This document shows positions 30,799 to 40,962 of a DNA stretch of 64,000 bases, in pieces. Position 1 is the stretch's first letter. The number at the start of each line of letters is the position of its first letter. The notes under the pieces are model-generated. The model was not told the origin of the DNA and did not search any database. It worked only from the letters and a program-made list of their open reading frames with translations. Source of the DNA: Sedimentisphaerales bacterium (GTDB lineage: Bacteria; Planctomycetota; Phycisphaerae; Sedimentisphaerales; SM23-30). The position numbers were made by a program, and so were the translations under genes. The stretch lies in NCBI GenBank assembly GCA_963663805.2, contig CAXXMR010000003.1, forward strand, positions 128,001 through 192,000, given 5' to 3'.

Positions 30799-31391
30799 CC
30801 AAGCTAATCCACCGGCTCTGCCGGTGAGAATTTATAAGGCTCTGCCGTTAAGTGCGTTACAATGGTCCTCCTTGAGGAAGGCTCCTGGGGTCAAGGAGGA
30901 CACTATGAAAGACTGGCAGAGTCAGGCCCATGTAAAATGGGACTGTAAGTATCATGTTGTTATTGTACCCAAATATCGTCGCAAAGCAATATTTGGTAAG
31001 TTGCGAAAGGAAATAGGTGCGATATTGCGAGAATTGTGCCGCCAATATGGGATAGAGCTTATAGAAGGTAACGCCATGGCAGACCATATTCATATGCTCC
31101 TGAGCGTTCCGCCCAAGTACAGCATCGCTATGACCATCGGTTATCTCAAAGGTAAAAGTGCCATCCGGATTTCTCGTGATCTGATGCGTACCAAAGGCAC
31201 TCTCTTTGGCCGCAGTTTTTGGTCTCGCGGTTATTGTGTAAGTACCGTTGGTCTTGATGAAGCCCATATTCGTAAGTACATTCAAGATCAGGACAAGCAT
31301 GAGCAAAATATTGAAAAAGGATTAGACTAACTGTAATGGCCCCTTTTAGGGGCCTTCCTCATACCACCGGCTCTGCCGGTGGTCATTGATT
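30799..31391 (+). mobile_element. IS200-type element, copy 2
   Basis: Matches 11029-11621; also preceded by CTAAAT. Confidence 0.93.
30905..31330 (+). CDS. tnpA: IS200/IS605 Y1 transposase
   Basis: Protein identical to copy 1. Confidence 0.95.
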   Translation: MKDWQSQAHVKWDCKYHVVIVPKYRRKAIFGKLRKEIGAILRELCRQYGIELIEGNAMADHIHMLLSVPPKYSIAMTIGYLKGKSAIRISRDLMRTKGTLFGRSFWSRGYCVSTVGLDEAHIRKYIQDQDKHEQNIEKGLD

Positions 31392-32979
31392 GGACCCAAC
31401 TGGAAGCCTTGGTAGGCAGCGATGCCCGCATTAAACAGGTAGCCGAAGATATCATTGCCCATTTTCAGTTGCGACAGGAAGCTTCTGAAGGCAAGGCTAT
31501 GATTGTTACTATGTCCCGCCGGATTGCCGCTGATCTTTATAAAGAAATTGTGGCCATAAGGCCTGACTGGCACCATGATGATCTTAACCAGGGCAGCATT
31601 AAAGTTGTTATGACCTCGTCTTCAGCTGATGGCCCGGAGATTTCCAGACATCATACCAGTAAGCAGCAGCGACGCAATCTGGCTGATCGCATGAAGGACA
31701 GTGAAGATGAATTAAAACTGGTTATTGTCTGTGATATGTGGCTGACCGGCTTTGATGTTCCCTGCCTCAATACGCTGTATATCGATAAGCCGATGAAGGG
31801 TCATAACCTTATGCAGGCCATTGCCCGGGTTAATCGGGTGTATAAGGACAAAGAAGGCGGACTGGTAGTTGACTATCTGGGGATAGCTTCCGATCTTAAG
31901 AAAGCTTTGTCTTTCTACGCCGACAGTGGCGGTAAAGGCGACCCGCTGGTACTTCAGGAAAAGGCCGTGCAGGTTATGCTGGAGAAACTGGAGATTGTTT
32001 CGCAAATGTTCCATGGTTTTACCTATGAAAATTATTTCGAAGCTGAGACCGGAACGAAACTTTCTCTCATTCTGGCCGCTGAAGAGCATATTCTCGGTCT
32101 TCAGGATGGCAAGAAAAGGTTTCTTGACGAGGTAACCGCTCTTTCAAGAGCTTTCTCTATCGCCGTCCCCCATGAACAGGCCCTGGATGCCAAAGATGAA
32201 GTATCCTTCTTCCAGGCCGTAAAATCTCGTCTGGCCAAAATTGATGGCGGCACTTCGGGCAAAACTGATGAACAGATCGAAACTGCTATACGGCAGGTAA
32301 TCGACCAGGCGCTGGTTAGCGAGAAGGTAATTGATATTTTCGATGCCGCCGGAATCAAAAAGCCCGATATCTCCATACTATCCGAGGAATTCCTCCTGGA
32401 AGTAAAGAATATGGAGCACAAGAACCTGGCCCTGGAAGTACTCAAGAAACTTCTCAACGATGAAATTAAGGCCCGAACAAAAAAGAATCTGGTCCAGAGC
32501 AAATCGTTAATGGAGATGCTGGATAGTTCAATTAAGAAATATCTGGCAAAAATACTGACCGCCGCCGAAGTGATAGATGAACTTATCAAGCTGGGCCGGG
32601 AAATTAAGGAAATGGACAAAGAACCTCGGCAAATGGGGCTGTCCGAATATGAATATGCTTTTTATACGGCCATTGCTGACAATGAAAGCGCCCGGGAATT
32701 AATGCAGAAGGATAAACTGAGAGAGTTAGCCGTAGTTTTATTCGAGAAGGTCAAAGCCAACGCCTCTATAGACTGGACCATCAAAGAAAGCGTTAAAGCA
32801 AAATTGAAAGTCATCGTCAAAAGAACCTTGAGGCGATTTGGATATCCACCTGATATGCAAAAACTTGCTACTGAAACGGTATTAAAGCAAGCCGAGCTGC
32901 TTGCCGCAGAATTAACAGGAGCTTAGTATTCTGAGAATATGGTTAGCGATAGAATCATAGAATCGAACAGGATGTTGGC

Positions 32980-33705
32980 ATGGCAAAGAAGAAAACGAAG
33001 CGGATTACGCGAGCAATAGTGGCCGGTTATCTGGAAAAGGTCAGCAGTCGTATTTTTGAACAGTATCGTCAATCTATTACTGAAATGATAACCGGCCATC
33101 AGGGACTGTATGCACTTTATCGGCGAGATAAATTATACTATGTCGGCTTGGCCACTAATCTCAAGAGCCGCATTCGTTACCATCTCAGAGACCGACACCA
33201 AGGCAAATGGACTCATTTCAGCTTGTATATCATTCGAAAAGCGGATCATATCAAAGAACTTGAATCTCTGCTACTGAGAATTGCTGACCCAGCGGGAAAC
33301 AGCATTAAGGGTAACCTTACCAGATCAAAGAATTTATTGCCGGTTCTAAAAAAACAGGTTAAGCATGAATTATGGCAGGAATACGAAGGTTTATTTGAAA
33401 TACAACCATCTAAGGCGAAAACCAAAAAGAAAAAGATTAGGATAGGGAAAAAGAGTCAAAAAGATTTACCATTGAAAGGCATACTAAAGCCATATCAACG
33501 CATTTATGCCTCTTATCAAGGGACTGATTATAAAGCTAAAGTCAAGCCCAATGGTACAATTCAAATGATACCGGATCGCTCCTGTTATGAATCTCCCTCC
33601 GCCGCCGGCAAAGCTATCAGAAATCGTTCCACCAATGGCTGGGCGTTCTGGAAATACAAAGATGAAAATGGCGAATTACAGAAACTTGCGAAGTTACGTA
33701 GTTGA
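32980..33705 (+). CDS. GIY-YIG nuclease fused to a RAMA-like domain
   Basis: GLYALY...YYVGLA.NL..RI..H...E.....I...GN; C-terminal YESPSAAG..I.....NGW.FW. Confidence 0.75.
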   Translation: MAKKKTKRITRAIVAGYLEKVSSRIFEQYRQSITEMITGHQGLYALYRRDKLYYVGLATNLKSRIRYHLRDRHQGKWTHFSLYIIRKADHIKELESLLLRIADPAGNSIKGNLTRSKNLLPVLKKQVKHELWQEYEGLFEIQPSKAKTKKKKIRIGKKSQKDLPLKGILKPYQRIYASYQGTDYKAKVKPNGTIQMIPDRSCYESPSAAGKAIRNRSTNGWAFWKYKDENGELQKLAKLRS

Positions 33706-33724
33706 TTAAGATAGATTTGAGTAA

Positions 33725-36700
33725 ATGAATCCAATATATCCGTGGAAAAGGTTCTGGTGTCATCGCAGTGGCAGAGTGAGTTTGTCAGATGAAGGCTTTC
33801 TTTCTGACCCTGACGGGAAGTATGCCAAATACTTTCAGAAAGAGGTTGTTGCATTTGACGAAATTCAGCATTACTCATGTCTTATATTATTAGGCGAACC
33901 TGGCATTGGCAAGACAACAGCAATAAAAGCTGAGTTTCAAAATATGGTTGAACATACAGATAATACGACAGTAAATGCTCTGTATTTCAACCTAAATGAA
34001 TATGGCAGTGAAGATAGGCTAATAAGTGATGTTTTTAAATCCGACGTATTCACATTATGGAAATCTGATGGCGGGACTCTTCATCTCTTTTTAGATAGTC
34101 TTGACGAATGCCGTATTAAAATCCAGAATGTTGGACCACTAATTATAAGCCAGTTGGAGAAGGTGTCGCACTGTCTTGGACGATTGCGATTGCGAATTGC
34201 TTGTCGTACTGCGGATTGGCCAAATGTTTTAGAAGCAGGTCTTTCAAAACTATGGTCCGATGGAAATAATGACAGTGATCACGTTGGAATATGTGAACTA
34301 GTACCACTAAGATGTCAAGATGTGCATTTAGCGGCTGAAGTTAATCAGATCGATGCTAATAAATTTATCCAAGATGTTCTGGTTCGTGATGTAGTTTCGC
34401 TAGCAATTAAGCCACTTACTCTTAAATTTCTCCTTTCAACATATAAGGCAATAAGTGAATTGCCTCAATCCAAATTGGAATTATATGCAACAGGATGCCG
34501 ATATCTATGTGAGGAACATAATCCTTATAGACAAGACCTTGTTACAGCTGGCAAAATAGAAGGTCTTTCTGCTAATCAACACATAGGATTAGCTTCTCGC
34601 ATGGCAGCGATATCTATCTTGTGCCGAAAACCGGTTTTTATAACTAATCCCAGCTGCTTTCCTGTATCAGAAGAAATTTTCGTTGGGGACATTAGCATAA
34701 ATCATGAGATTTTTGAGTCAGAGAGAATTGAAGCTTCAAAAAATAATATTCAAAAAACACTTGGCACGGGTTTGTTTTCTAGCCGTGGTGCATATCAGTT
34801 GGGATTTGCTCATCAAAGTTATGCTGAATATCTTGCGGCAATCTATGTAAATTCAAATTTCAATCTTGGTCAAATTAAAAGTATCTTCTTTCATTCTGGG
34901 GAGAGTGAAACCAAAATCGTACCACAATTGTACGAAACAGCGGCTTGGTTGGCGAGTTTAAATAAAGACTTTCTTCGAGAAGTTGTTGCTTCTGATCCCC
35001 AAGTACTTCTAAAAGCAGATGCCTCTTGTTTGTCAAATGAAGATCGATGCTTTCTGGCTGAATCCTTGTTAACCTTACTTCGTCATGGTCAAATAAATAC
35101 GCGTCAGCATGAGTTATATCATCAATATCATAAGCTAAACTGTCCTCAGCTAGCTGATATTCTTCGCCCTTACATATCTGGCCAGAAAACTGATGGCCTA
35201 AATGTTCGTAACTTGGCTATAGATATTGCTGAAACATGCAAGATGGTTGAATTGCAAGAATTGCTTGCTGACATAGCTTTAGACCAATCAGAACCCATCA
35301 GAATTCGCGATGGAGCAACCCATGCCGTGTGGCTTATAGGTACTTCTTCTACCAAAAAACGTTTCTTGCCTCTGGCTTCTGGACAGGGAGGGGATGATCC
35401 TGACGACAATTTGAAGGGATATGCGCTCAGGTCGTTGTGGCCAGAATTAATCTCGGCCTCAGAAATATTTGGATTTTTAACACCGCCTAAAAGAAAAACT
35501 TTTTTCGGATCATATCAAGGTTTTCTCACTGATGAGCTGGTGCAAAATATGAATCCAGTAGATTTGCCTGTTGCATTGATGTGGGCAGAAGAAATGGTTA
35601 TTTCCAGGAAAACATCTCAAACTATACTCGATGTGATAAAAAATATTATAATTTTGGCTTGGAAGAATCTTTCTCGTCCTGAAATTCCCGTTCGATTAAG
35701 TCGGGTATTTATTAACATACTCTGTCATTATAGCAAGATAGTTTTTGACCTAAAAGGTGCTTCAGAGGCAAGCGAAAGTCTATTTTCTGATACAGTGAAG
35801 CGTCATTCAATTTTGGAAACCATTGTCGAGACATGTTGTGTATTTGATAAAATCAAGTATAAATTGCATTGGGACCCTCCGCAGATACTTCGAGTCAATG
35901 ATATGGCTTGGTTACTCCAGAGGCTGGCTGAATCAAAAAGTGATGAAATAAAGTCCCGCTGGTCTATTCTTATTCATAACGTATTTAATTGCACATCCTG
36001 CGGCCATTTAGATATGGTACTAAACGCTCGTAAAGAATCCCCACACCTTGAACAGCAGTTTCGTACTTGGTTTGAACCAGTGTCGCTTGGATCAGATCAA
36101 GCACGTCAAATGAAAGAAGATTATGAGGAGCACAAGAGAAGGGAAAAAGAGCGTGAGGAAAATGAGCAACCGCAGACCTTAGAGTGGCTCCCAAAGGACC
36201 GTATTGAGCATTGGTTAAAGAAATGTGAAGAAGGAGACGTGAAAGCTTGGCATGAATTGTGTGTAGATCTCACTTTAGAAGACACAACTCGGCAATATGA
36301 GAATTGCTCCGACCTCGACATTACTAATTTGCCTGGCTGGAAAAACTCTGACGAAGGCACCCGTAATCGAATACTTGCCTGTGCAACACAATATTTAACA
36401 CATCAACATGCAGACCCCCTGATATGGATACGCGCACCGCATGAGTATTGCGTTGCAGATTTGTCGCCTTTTAAGGCTTTTAACATGCTGCATAAATACT
36501 CTACTGATCTGCTGGAGGCACTTCCCATTAACACATGGAAAAAATGGATACCATCGCTTCTGGGTGTTCCATTTTATGGCAACAACCGCGAGGAAGATCA
36601 GAATTATGAAGTATTAAGTAAGGCATACATGTTGTGTCCCGAGGAGTTTATTTTCTGGCTTAATATCCAAATAAACGCCGAAAATAAAGAGGGACGTCTT

Positions 36701-37984
36701 CTATCCGTTCATGAGAGATTAAAAAAATGCTGGGATGCCCAATTGTGTGAATCTGTTTTAGCTATAATAAAAGGAACATATATAATTCCAGAATTCTTCT
36801 CTAAACTACTTGCTCAGCTAATTAAGCAATCATATGAAGAAGCTGTTAAATATGCTGAAGGATTAATATTCAATTTATCGGAATATGATCAAGATTCTAT
36901 TAATCAATTCATTCAAGCCGCAGTTGTCTTGTTAAAATATTCTGGCGATGGCGGCTGGAATGCGATCTGGCCTAGGATACAGATAGATTGTGATTTTGGC
37001 AGACAGGTATTTATGGCAGCTGGCATAAGATTTCATCGTGAAGGAGAGGAACTTTTTGACAAATTGGATAAAGAATCTATAGCAGATCTCTACATATGGT
37101 TAGAACAGCAATTTCCATATGCTGAAGATCCGCAACACAATGGTGTATATGCGGTTGGCCAGAGAGAAAGCATTAGCCACTTTCGTGATAATCTTTATCG
37201 TTTTTTAGAGCATTCCGGTAGTGTCTCTGCATTACGAAAAATATTTCAGGCATTTCCAGAATATGACTGGTTGAAATCAGTAATTGTCGAGGCCCAAAAA
37301 AATATGATGCAAATGATGTGGATGCCAATCGAGCCTATCCATCTTTTGAAGATGGCAAGGTCGCCACAATTTAAATTGGTGCAAAATGCCACTCATCTCC
37401 AAAGCCTGATATTGGAGTCATTACAGCAATTGGAGGAAAGACTACAAGGGGAAACTCCTGCAGCGCCTGATCTGTGGGATCAAACCAACCGGACAAAAGG
37501 ACAGGAAAAGTTTTGCCCAAAAGATGAAAATCATTTTTCTGATTATTTAAAACGATATCTTGATCACGATTTAAGAGAACGAGGTGTCATTATAAATCGT
37601 GAAGTTGAAATTCGTAGAGGAGAGGGAGGTGGGCAAGGCGAAAACACTGATATTTATGTAAGTGCCGTTATTCGAAAAAATCACGAAATATATGATGTGG
37701 CACGAGTGATTATTGAGGTTAAATGCTGTTGGAACCAGGAATTGCAGACTGCAATGAAAACACAACTAGTTGATCGGTATTTAAAAGACAATGACTGTCA
37801 AACTGGTATATATGCTGTAGGCTGGTTTATGTGTCCGCAACTTGACAAGAGGCGTTATCAATACCAAAAAACTCCCAAATGGACTATTGATCAAGCGCAA
37901 ACATTCTTTAATAAGCAGGCAGATAGTTTATCTGATGAAACTCAAAAAATAAAAGCCATAGTCATTAATGCGGCTTTGAGATAG
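33725..37984 (+). CDS. NACHT/STAND-like NTPase with helical repeats and a C-terminal PD-(D/E)XK-like domain
   Basis: GEPGIGKT, LFLDSLDE, IACR, PL.L, FAHQSYAEYLAA; C-terminal REVEI...TDIYV...IIEVKCCWN. Confidence 0.8.
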   Translation: MNPIYPWKRFWCHRSGRVSLSDEGFLSDPDGKYAKYFQKEVVAFDEIQHYSCLILLGEPGIGKTTAIKAEFQNMVEHTDNTTVNALYFNLNEYGSEDRLISDVFKSDVFTLWKSDGGTLHLFLDSLDECRIKIQNVGPLIISQLEKVSHCLGRLRLRIACRTADWPNVLEAGLSKLWSDGNNDSDHVGICELVPLRCQDVHLAAEVNQIDANKFIQDVLVRDVVSLAIKPLTLKFLLSTYKAISELPQSKLELYATGCRYLCEEHNPYRQDLVTAGKIEGLSANQHIGLASRMAAISILCRKPVFITNPSCFPVSEEIFVGDISINHEIFESERIEASKNNIQKTLGTGLFSSRGAYQLGFAHQSYAEYLAAIYVNSNFNLGQIKSIFFHSGESETKIVPQLYETAAWLASLNKDFLREVVASDPQVLLKADASCLSNEDRCFLAESLLTLLRHGQINTRQHELYHQYHKLNCPQLADILRPYISGQKTDGLNVRNLAIDIAETCKMVELQELLADIALDQSEPIRIRDGATHAVWLIGTSSTKKRFLPLASGQGGDDPDDNLKGYALRSLWPELISASEIFGFLTPPKRKTFFGSYQGFLTDELVQNMNPVDLPVALMWAEEMVISRKTSQTILDVIKNIIILAWKNLSRPEIPVRLSRVFINILCHYSKIVFDLKGASEASESLFSDTVKRHSILETIVETCCVFDKIKYKLHWDPPQILRVNDMAWLLQRLAESKSDEIKSRWSILIHNVFNCTSCGHLDMVLNARKESPHLEQQFRTWFEPVSLGSDQARQMKEDYEEHKRREKEREENEQPQTLEWLPKDRIEHWLKKCEEGDVKAWHELCVDLTLEDTTRQYENCSDLDITNLPGWKNSDEGTRNRILACATQYLTHQHADPLIWIRAPHEYCVADLSPFKAFNMLHKYSTDLLEALPINTWKKWIPSLLGVPFYGNNREEDQNYEVLSKAYMLCPEEFIFWLNIQINAENKEGRLLSVHERLKKCWDAQLCESVLAIIKGTYIIPEFFSKLLAQLIKQSYEEAVKYAEGLIFNLSEYDQDSINQFIQAAVVLLKYSGDGGWNAIWPRIQIDCDFGRQVFMAAGIRFHREGEELFDKLDKESIADLYIWLEQQFPYAEDPQHNGVYAVGQRESISHFRDNLYRFLEHSGSVSALRKIFQAFPEYDWLKSVIVEAQKNMMQMMWMPIEPIHLLKMARSPQFKLVQNATHLQSLILESLQQLEERLQGETPAAPDLWDQTNRTKGQEKFCPKDENHFSDYLKRYLDHDLRERGVIINREVEIRRGEGGGQGENTDIYVSAVIRKNHEIYDVARVIIEVKCCWNQELQTAMKTQLVDRYLKDNDCQTGIYAVGWFMCPQLDKRRYQYQKTPKWTIDQAQTFFNKQADSLSDETQKIKAIVINAALR

Positions 37985-38020
37985 ATCGCCTTTATGTTTC
38001 ATCTCTACGATCCACAAGCA

Positions 38021-38410
38021 TCATCTTAACCCTACCCACATCTCCCTCTGCCTCCCCCAATCCGCCTCCAGCGCAATCGACATAACCTGCCGTAAGGTGA
38101 TAGAATCTTTCCCCTTCTCAGTTTCCGGCAGGAACAATATCTCCTCCTGAATATCCGGCGCCAATAACAGCAGGTTCATAATCTGCGTCATGCGAGCCCG
38201 CGTGACTTGCCCGTAGCGGGCGAGAGTAGCCATATCCTCCACCTGGCCGGTACGGATGAGCTTGTCATAACTGATCGCCAGGGCCATCAGCTTGGAGATG
38301 CGCATTACTCGTGTTTTAACCCGTTTAGGTTTAGAACCGCGGCGGATAGTTTGCTTATTTTTGCCAACTTCCTGGATATGGAAAGTGCGTTTGACGGTAT
38401 AGGGGCTCAT
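38021..38410 (-). CDS. Recombinase-associated small protein
   Basis: LMALAI...LA....VTRAR.TQI..L.LLAPDIQE.IL; overlaps the recombinase stop codon. Confidence 0.75.
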   Translation of the reverse strand: MSPYTVKRTFHIQEVGKNKQTIRRGSKPKRVKTRVMRISKLMALAISYDKLIRTGQVEDMATLARYGQVTRARMTQIMNLLLLAPDIQEEILFLPETEKGKDSITLRQVMSIALEADWGRQREMWVGLR

Positions 38411-39969
38411 GAGGCAACATTCTCCGGTTCGGTTAATTCTTCATTCAATAGCTTCACGCCGACAGGATGGAAGCACAGCGAGATACTGCTATCGCCAGCG
38501 TCAAACTCGACGCGTTCTAACAAAAGCTTCAGGATTCGCCATTGTTCTTTTGAGGTGAGGGTATCCCATACCGGGTTAAACTTCCGGCAGGCCCCGGCGA
38601 GCTCTTCGGCATCCAAGACGGTACCTTTTATCTCTGTTATATGTGCCAAAAGGTCAGCGGCCTTCAGCTCCATTTGTTTGACCTGCTCCTGAAGGGCGTC
38701 AATACGAGCAGCTGTGTCAGGCTGATGGACCGCAAGCCTTAGCGAATCAAGCTCACGTTGGCGTTTTGCCAGTTCTTTCTTAGCCAGTTTGTATTGCTTG
38801 GTATATTCAGTAATTTCCGCCTTATGGGCGCTATGGCTCTGCTGGACAATTTCCCGGATCAATGTTTCATCCTGACAAATATTCCTGATCTCCTCTACCA
38901 CAAACTTCTCAATCTCATCCGCCGGCAGCGATGGATGCGGACAATTAGACCAGCCGCGATTCTGGGCGTTCTGGCAGACATAATACCGATAGCGTTTTGT
39001 CTGCTTTTTCGAATACGAATGGCTCATCCCGCAGCCACAGGATTTACATCGCAAAATACCATTGAGAATACCGCCGTTTTTCTTTGCCGTCGGCTGGAAC
39101 AATAGCTTATTTCCCGCCCGGCTATTCTGTCGAAGAATCCGTTGGACCTTTTCGAATACCGCATTCTCGATAATCCCTTCATGCTCACCTTCATAAACCT
39201 CCTTATGATGGCGAATCTTTCCAATATACAAAGGGTTTGTCAGCAGATTATGAAGTGAATTCTTATTGTATGGTTTGCCCTGATGCAGGGCACCCTTTTT
39301 GGTAACCCAGGTCTTATTTGTCCAGCCCCGGCGGTCAAGTTCATCAACAACTGCCAGCAGACTGTGGTGTTCCAGGTACAATTCGAATGTCCGACGTACC
39401 TGCTCAGCTTCAGCGTCATTAATAACCAGCCCTTTACCTTCCGGAGAAATATCATACCCAAGCACCGGTATGCCGCCGGACCATTTGCCTTGCTGGCGGG
39501 CCATAGCGATCTTGTCGCGTGTCCGTTCAGAAATAACTTCCCGCTCAAACTGGGCGAAACTCAAGAGGATATTTAATGTCAGTCTCCCCATGCTGTTAGT
39601 AGTATTAAAATGCTGAGTAACCGAAACAAATGAAACTTCCTTTTTCTCAAGCACGCCGAGTATCTTCGCAAAATCCATCAGCGAACGACTCAGACGGTCC
39701 ACCTTATATACAACTATACAATCCAACTTGCCCGCTTCAGCGTCAGCCATCAGCCTTTTTAGGGCTGGCCGTTCCATATTACCGCCGGTATAACCTCCAT
39801 CATTATATTGCTCAGGCAAGCAGACCCAACCCTCACCAGTCTGGCTGGCAATATAATTCTCACCCGCCATGCGTTGAGCATCCAGGGAGTTGAATTCCTG
39901 CTCTAATCCTTCGTCAGTAGACTTGCGGGTATAAATTGCACAGCGGATGGTTTTCTTTTTCTCAACCAT
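38407..39969 (-). CDS. Large serine recombinase
   Basis: CAIYTRKS, YNDGG..G..M.RPAL, VDRLSRS, FAQFERE.I.ER, Zn ribbon CKSC...YYVC...C. Confidence 0.95.
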   Translation of the reverse strand: MVEKKKTIRCAIYTRKSTDEGLEQEFNSLDAQRMAGENYIASQTGEGWVCLPEQYNDGGYTGGNMERPALKRLMADAEAGKLDCIVVYKVDRLSRSLMDFAKILGVLEKKEVSFVSVTQHFNTTNSMGRLTLNILLSFAQFEREVISERTRDKIAMARQQGKWSGGIPVLGYDISPEGKGLVINDAEAEQVRRTFELYLEHHSLLAVVDELDRRGWTNKTWVTKKGALHQGKPYNKNSLHNLLTNPLYIGKIRHHKEVYEGEHEGIIENAVFEKVQRILRQNSRAGNKLLFQPTAKKNGGILNGILRCKSCGCGMSHSYSKKQTKRYRYYVCQNAQNRGWSNCPHPSLPADEIEKFVVEEIRNICQDETLIREIVQQSHSAHKAEITEYTKQYKLAKKELAKRQRELDSLRLAVHQPDTAARIDALQEQVKQMELKAADLLAHITEIKGTVLDAEELAGACRKFNPVWDTLTSKEQWRILKLLLERVEFDAGDSSISLCFHPVGVKLLNEELTEPENVAS

Positions 39970-40459
39970 GAGTTCCCTTCTTTTTCAATCCGAAGAATAA
40001 TTTGCCGTTCCAATGCGAGCCGGTTACCGCCCTGGCAACCGCCGTCAAACTGCGATACAATTGCCCGTTCCAGCGCACACCGTTATCCATAATCGTGACG
40101 ACAATTTTCTGGCCTTTGTATATCCGTTCCAGCTGCGTTCCCGGCACCAGCTCTGGTTTATGCCTGCAAATCGCAGTTGGAGCAGGGCGGTTGACAATCT
40201 TATCATCTCCCAACGGGATGGTAGAGGGAGCAGTCAATCGCAACTCAGCCGTATTTGCCAGTTCTTCTGCCCGCCCCAGAGCTGCCTCTGACAGCCCGCC
40301 ATAAGCATTAGCCTGCATTCGCCAAAGAATGCGCTTGATCAGATAATGCCGATGCCGCGAGGTGGATATTTCACCGAATACCTCTTCATATCGCAGCCGC
40401 AGGTCAGCAATGCCAAGCCCATCCAGCCTGGCTCGTTCATGTTCGATGTCAATTACCAT
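39962..40459 (-). CDS. DUF2924 protein
   Basis: LR.RY...FG, W..QA..YGGLS, PGT.L.R.YKG, Y.SLTAVA...TG..WNG..FFGL. Confidence 0.88.
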   Translation of the reverse strand: MVIDIEHERARLDGLGIADLRLRYEEVFGEISTSRHRHYLIKRILWRMQANAYGGLSEAALGRAEELANTAELRLTAPSTIPLGDDKIVNRPAPTAICRHKPELVPGTQLERIYKGQKIVVTIMDNGVRWNGQLYRSLTAVARAVTGSHWNGKLFFGLKKKGTHG

Positions 40460-40485
40460 GGTAATTTCTCCAAATCTCAGGTTCG

Positions 40486-40674
40486 TTAACTCGCAGACAC
40501 ATCAGTCCTCAAATCGCCCGGAACATCAAGGCCCTTTTTCGCAGATTCTGAGAGTTTTTGCTTAATTTTGGGGGTAACCGAGGCCCTTCGAATATGGCGC
40601 AAAACGCCCCGGGCGAGAATGCGAACCAGTTCAGCACGTCTTTGTTCCGGTGGTAGGGGGGGATAATCGTACAT
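40486..40674 (-). CDS. Small protein upstream of DUF2924
   Basis: GGAG RBS; PEQRRAEL..ILARG..R. Confidence 0.55.
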   Translation of the reverse strand: MYDYPPLPPEQRRAELVRILARGVLRHIRRASVTPKIKQKLSESAKKGLDVPGDLRTDVSAS

Positions 40675-40962
40675 AGCTCACAACTCCATAAGTAGGGGGA
40701 TGATGCCTACGAAGCCATGCCCTTGGGGCCCTGAACTACGTCCGACCATAACGGCGGAACCAGTTATTGGTTCCTCTACTATATATATAACCCAAAACTC
40801 CGAAAACTGTCACCTTTCCGACATCCCGCGACAAACATGCCGAAAAAAGATAGTCCCTATACTTGTTATATTCACGGTGACTTTCCGAAATGTCATACTT
40901 TTGGGGTCAACCAGGGACAAGAGTGGGGTAAATCTTATTTAGTCGCCCCTGAAAAAGTCGAT

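Larger units (their letters stand above)
29187..32926 (+). pseudogene. hsdR: Type I restriction subunit interrupted by IS200
   Basis: RPD...NGLPL...ELK, HTQGSGKS, DEAH, FTGTP, MWLTGFD, QAIARVNR. Removing 30799-31391 restores KAKAK-WTQLE. Confidence 0.95.
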
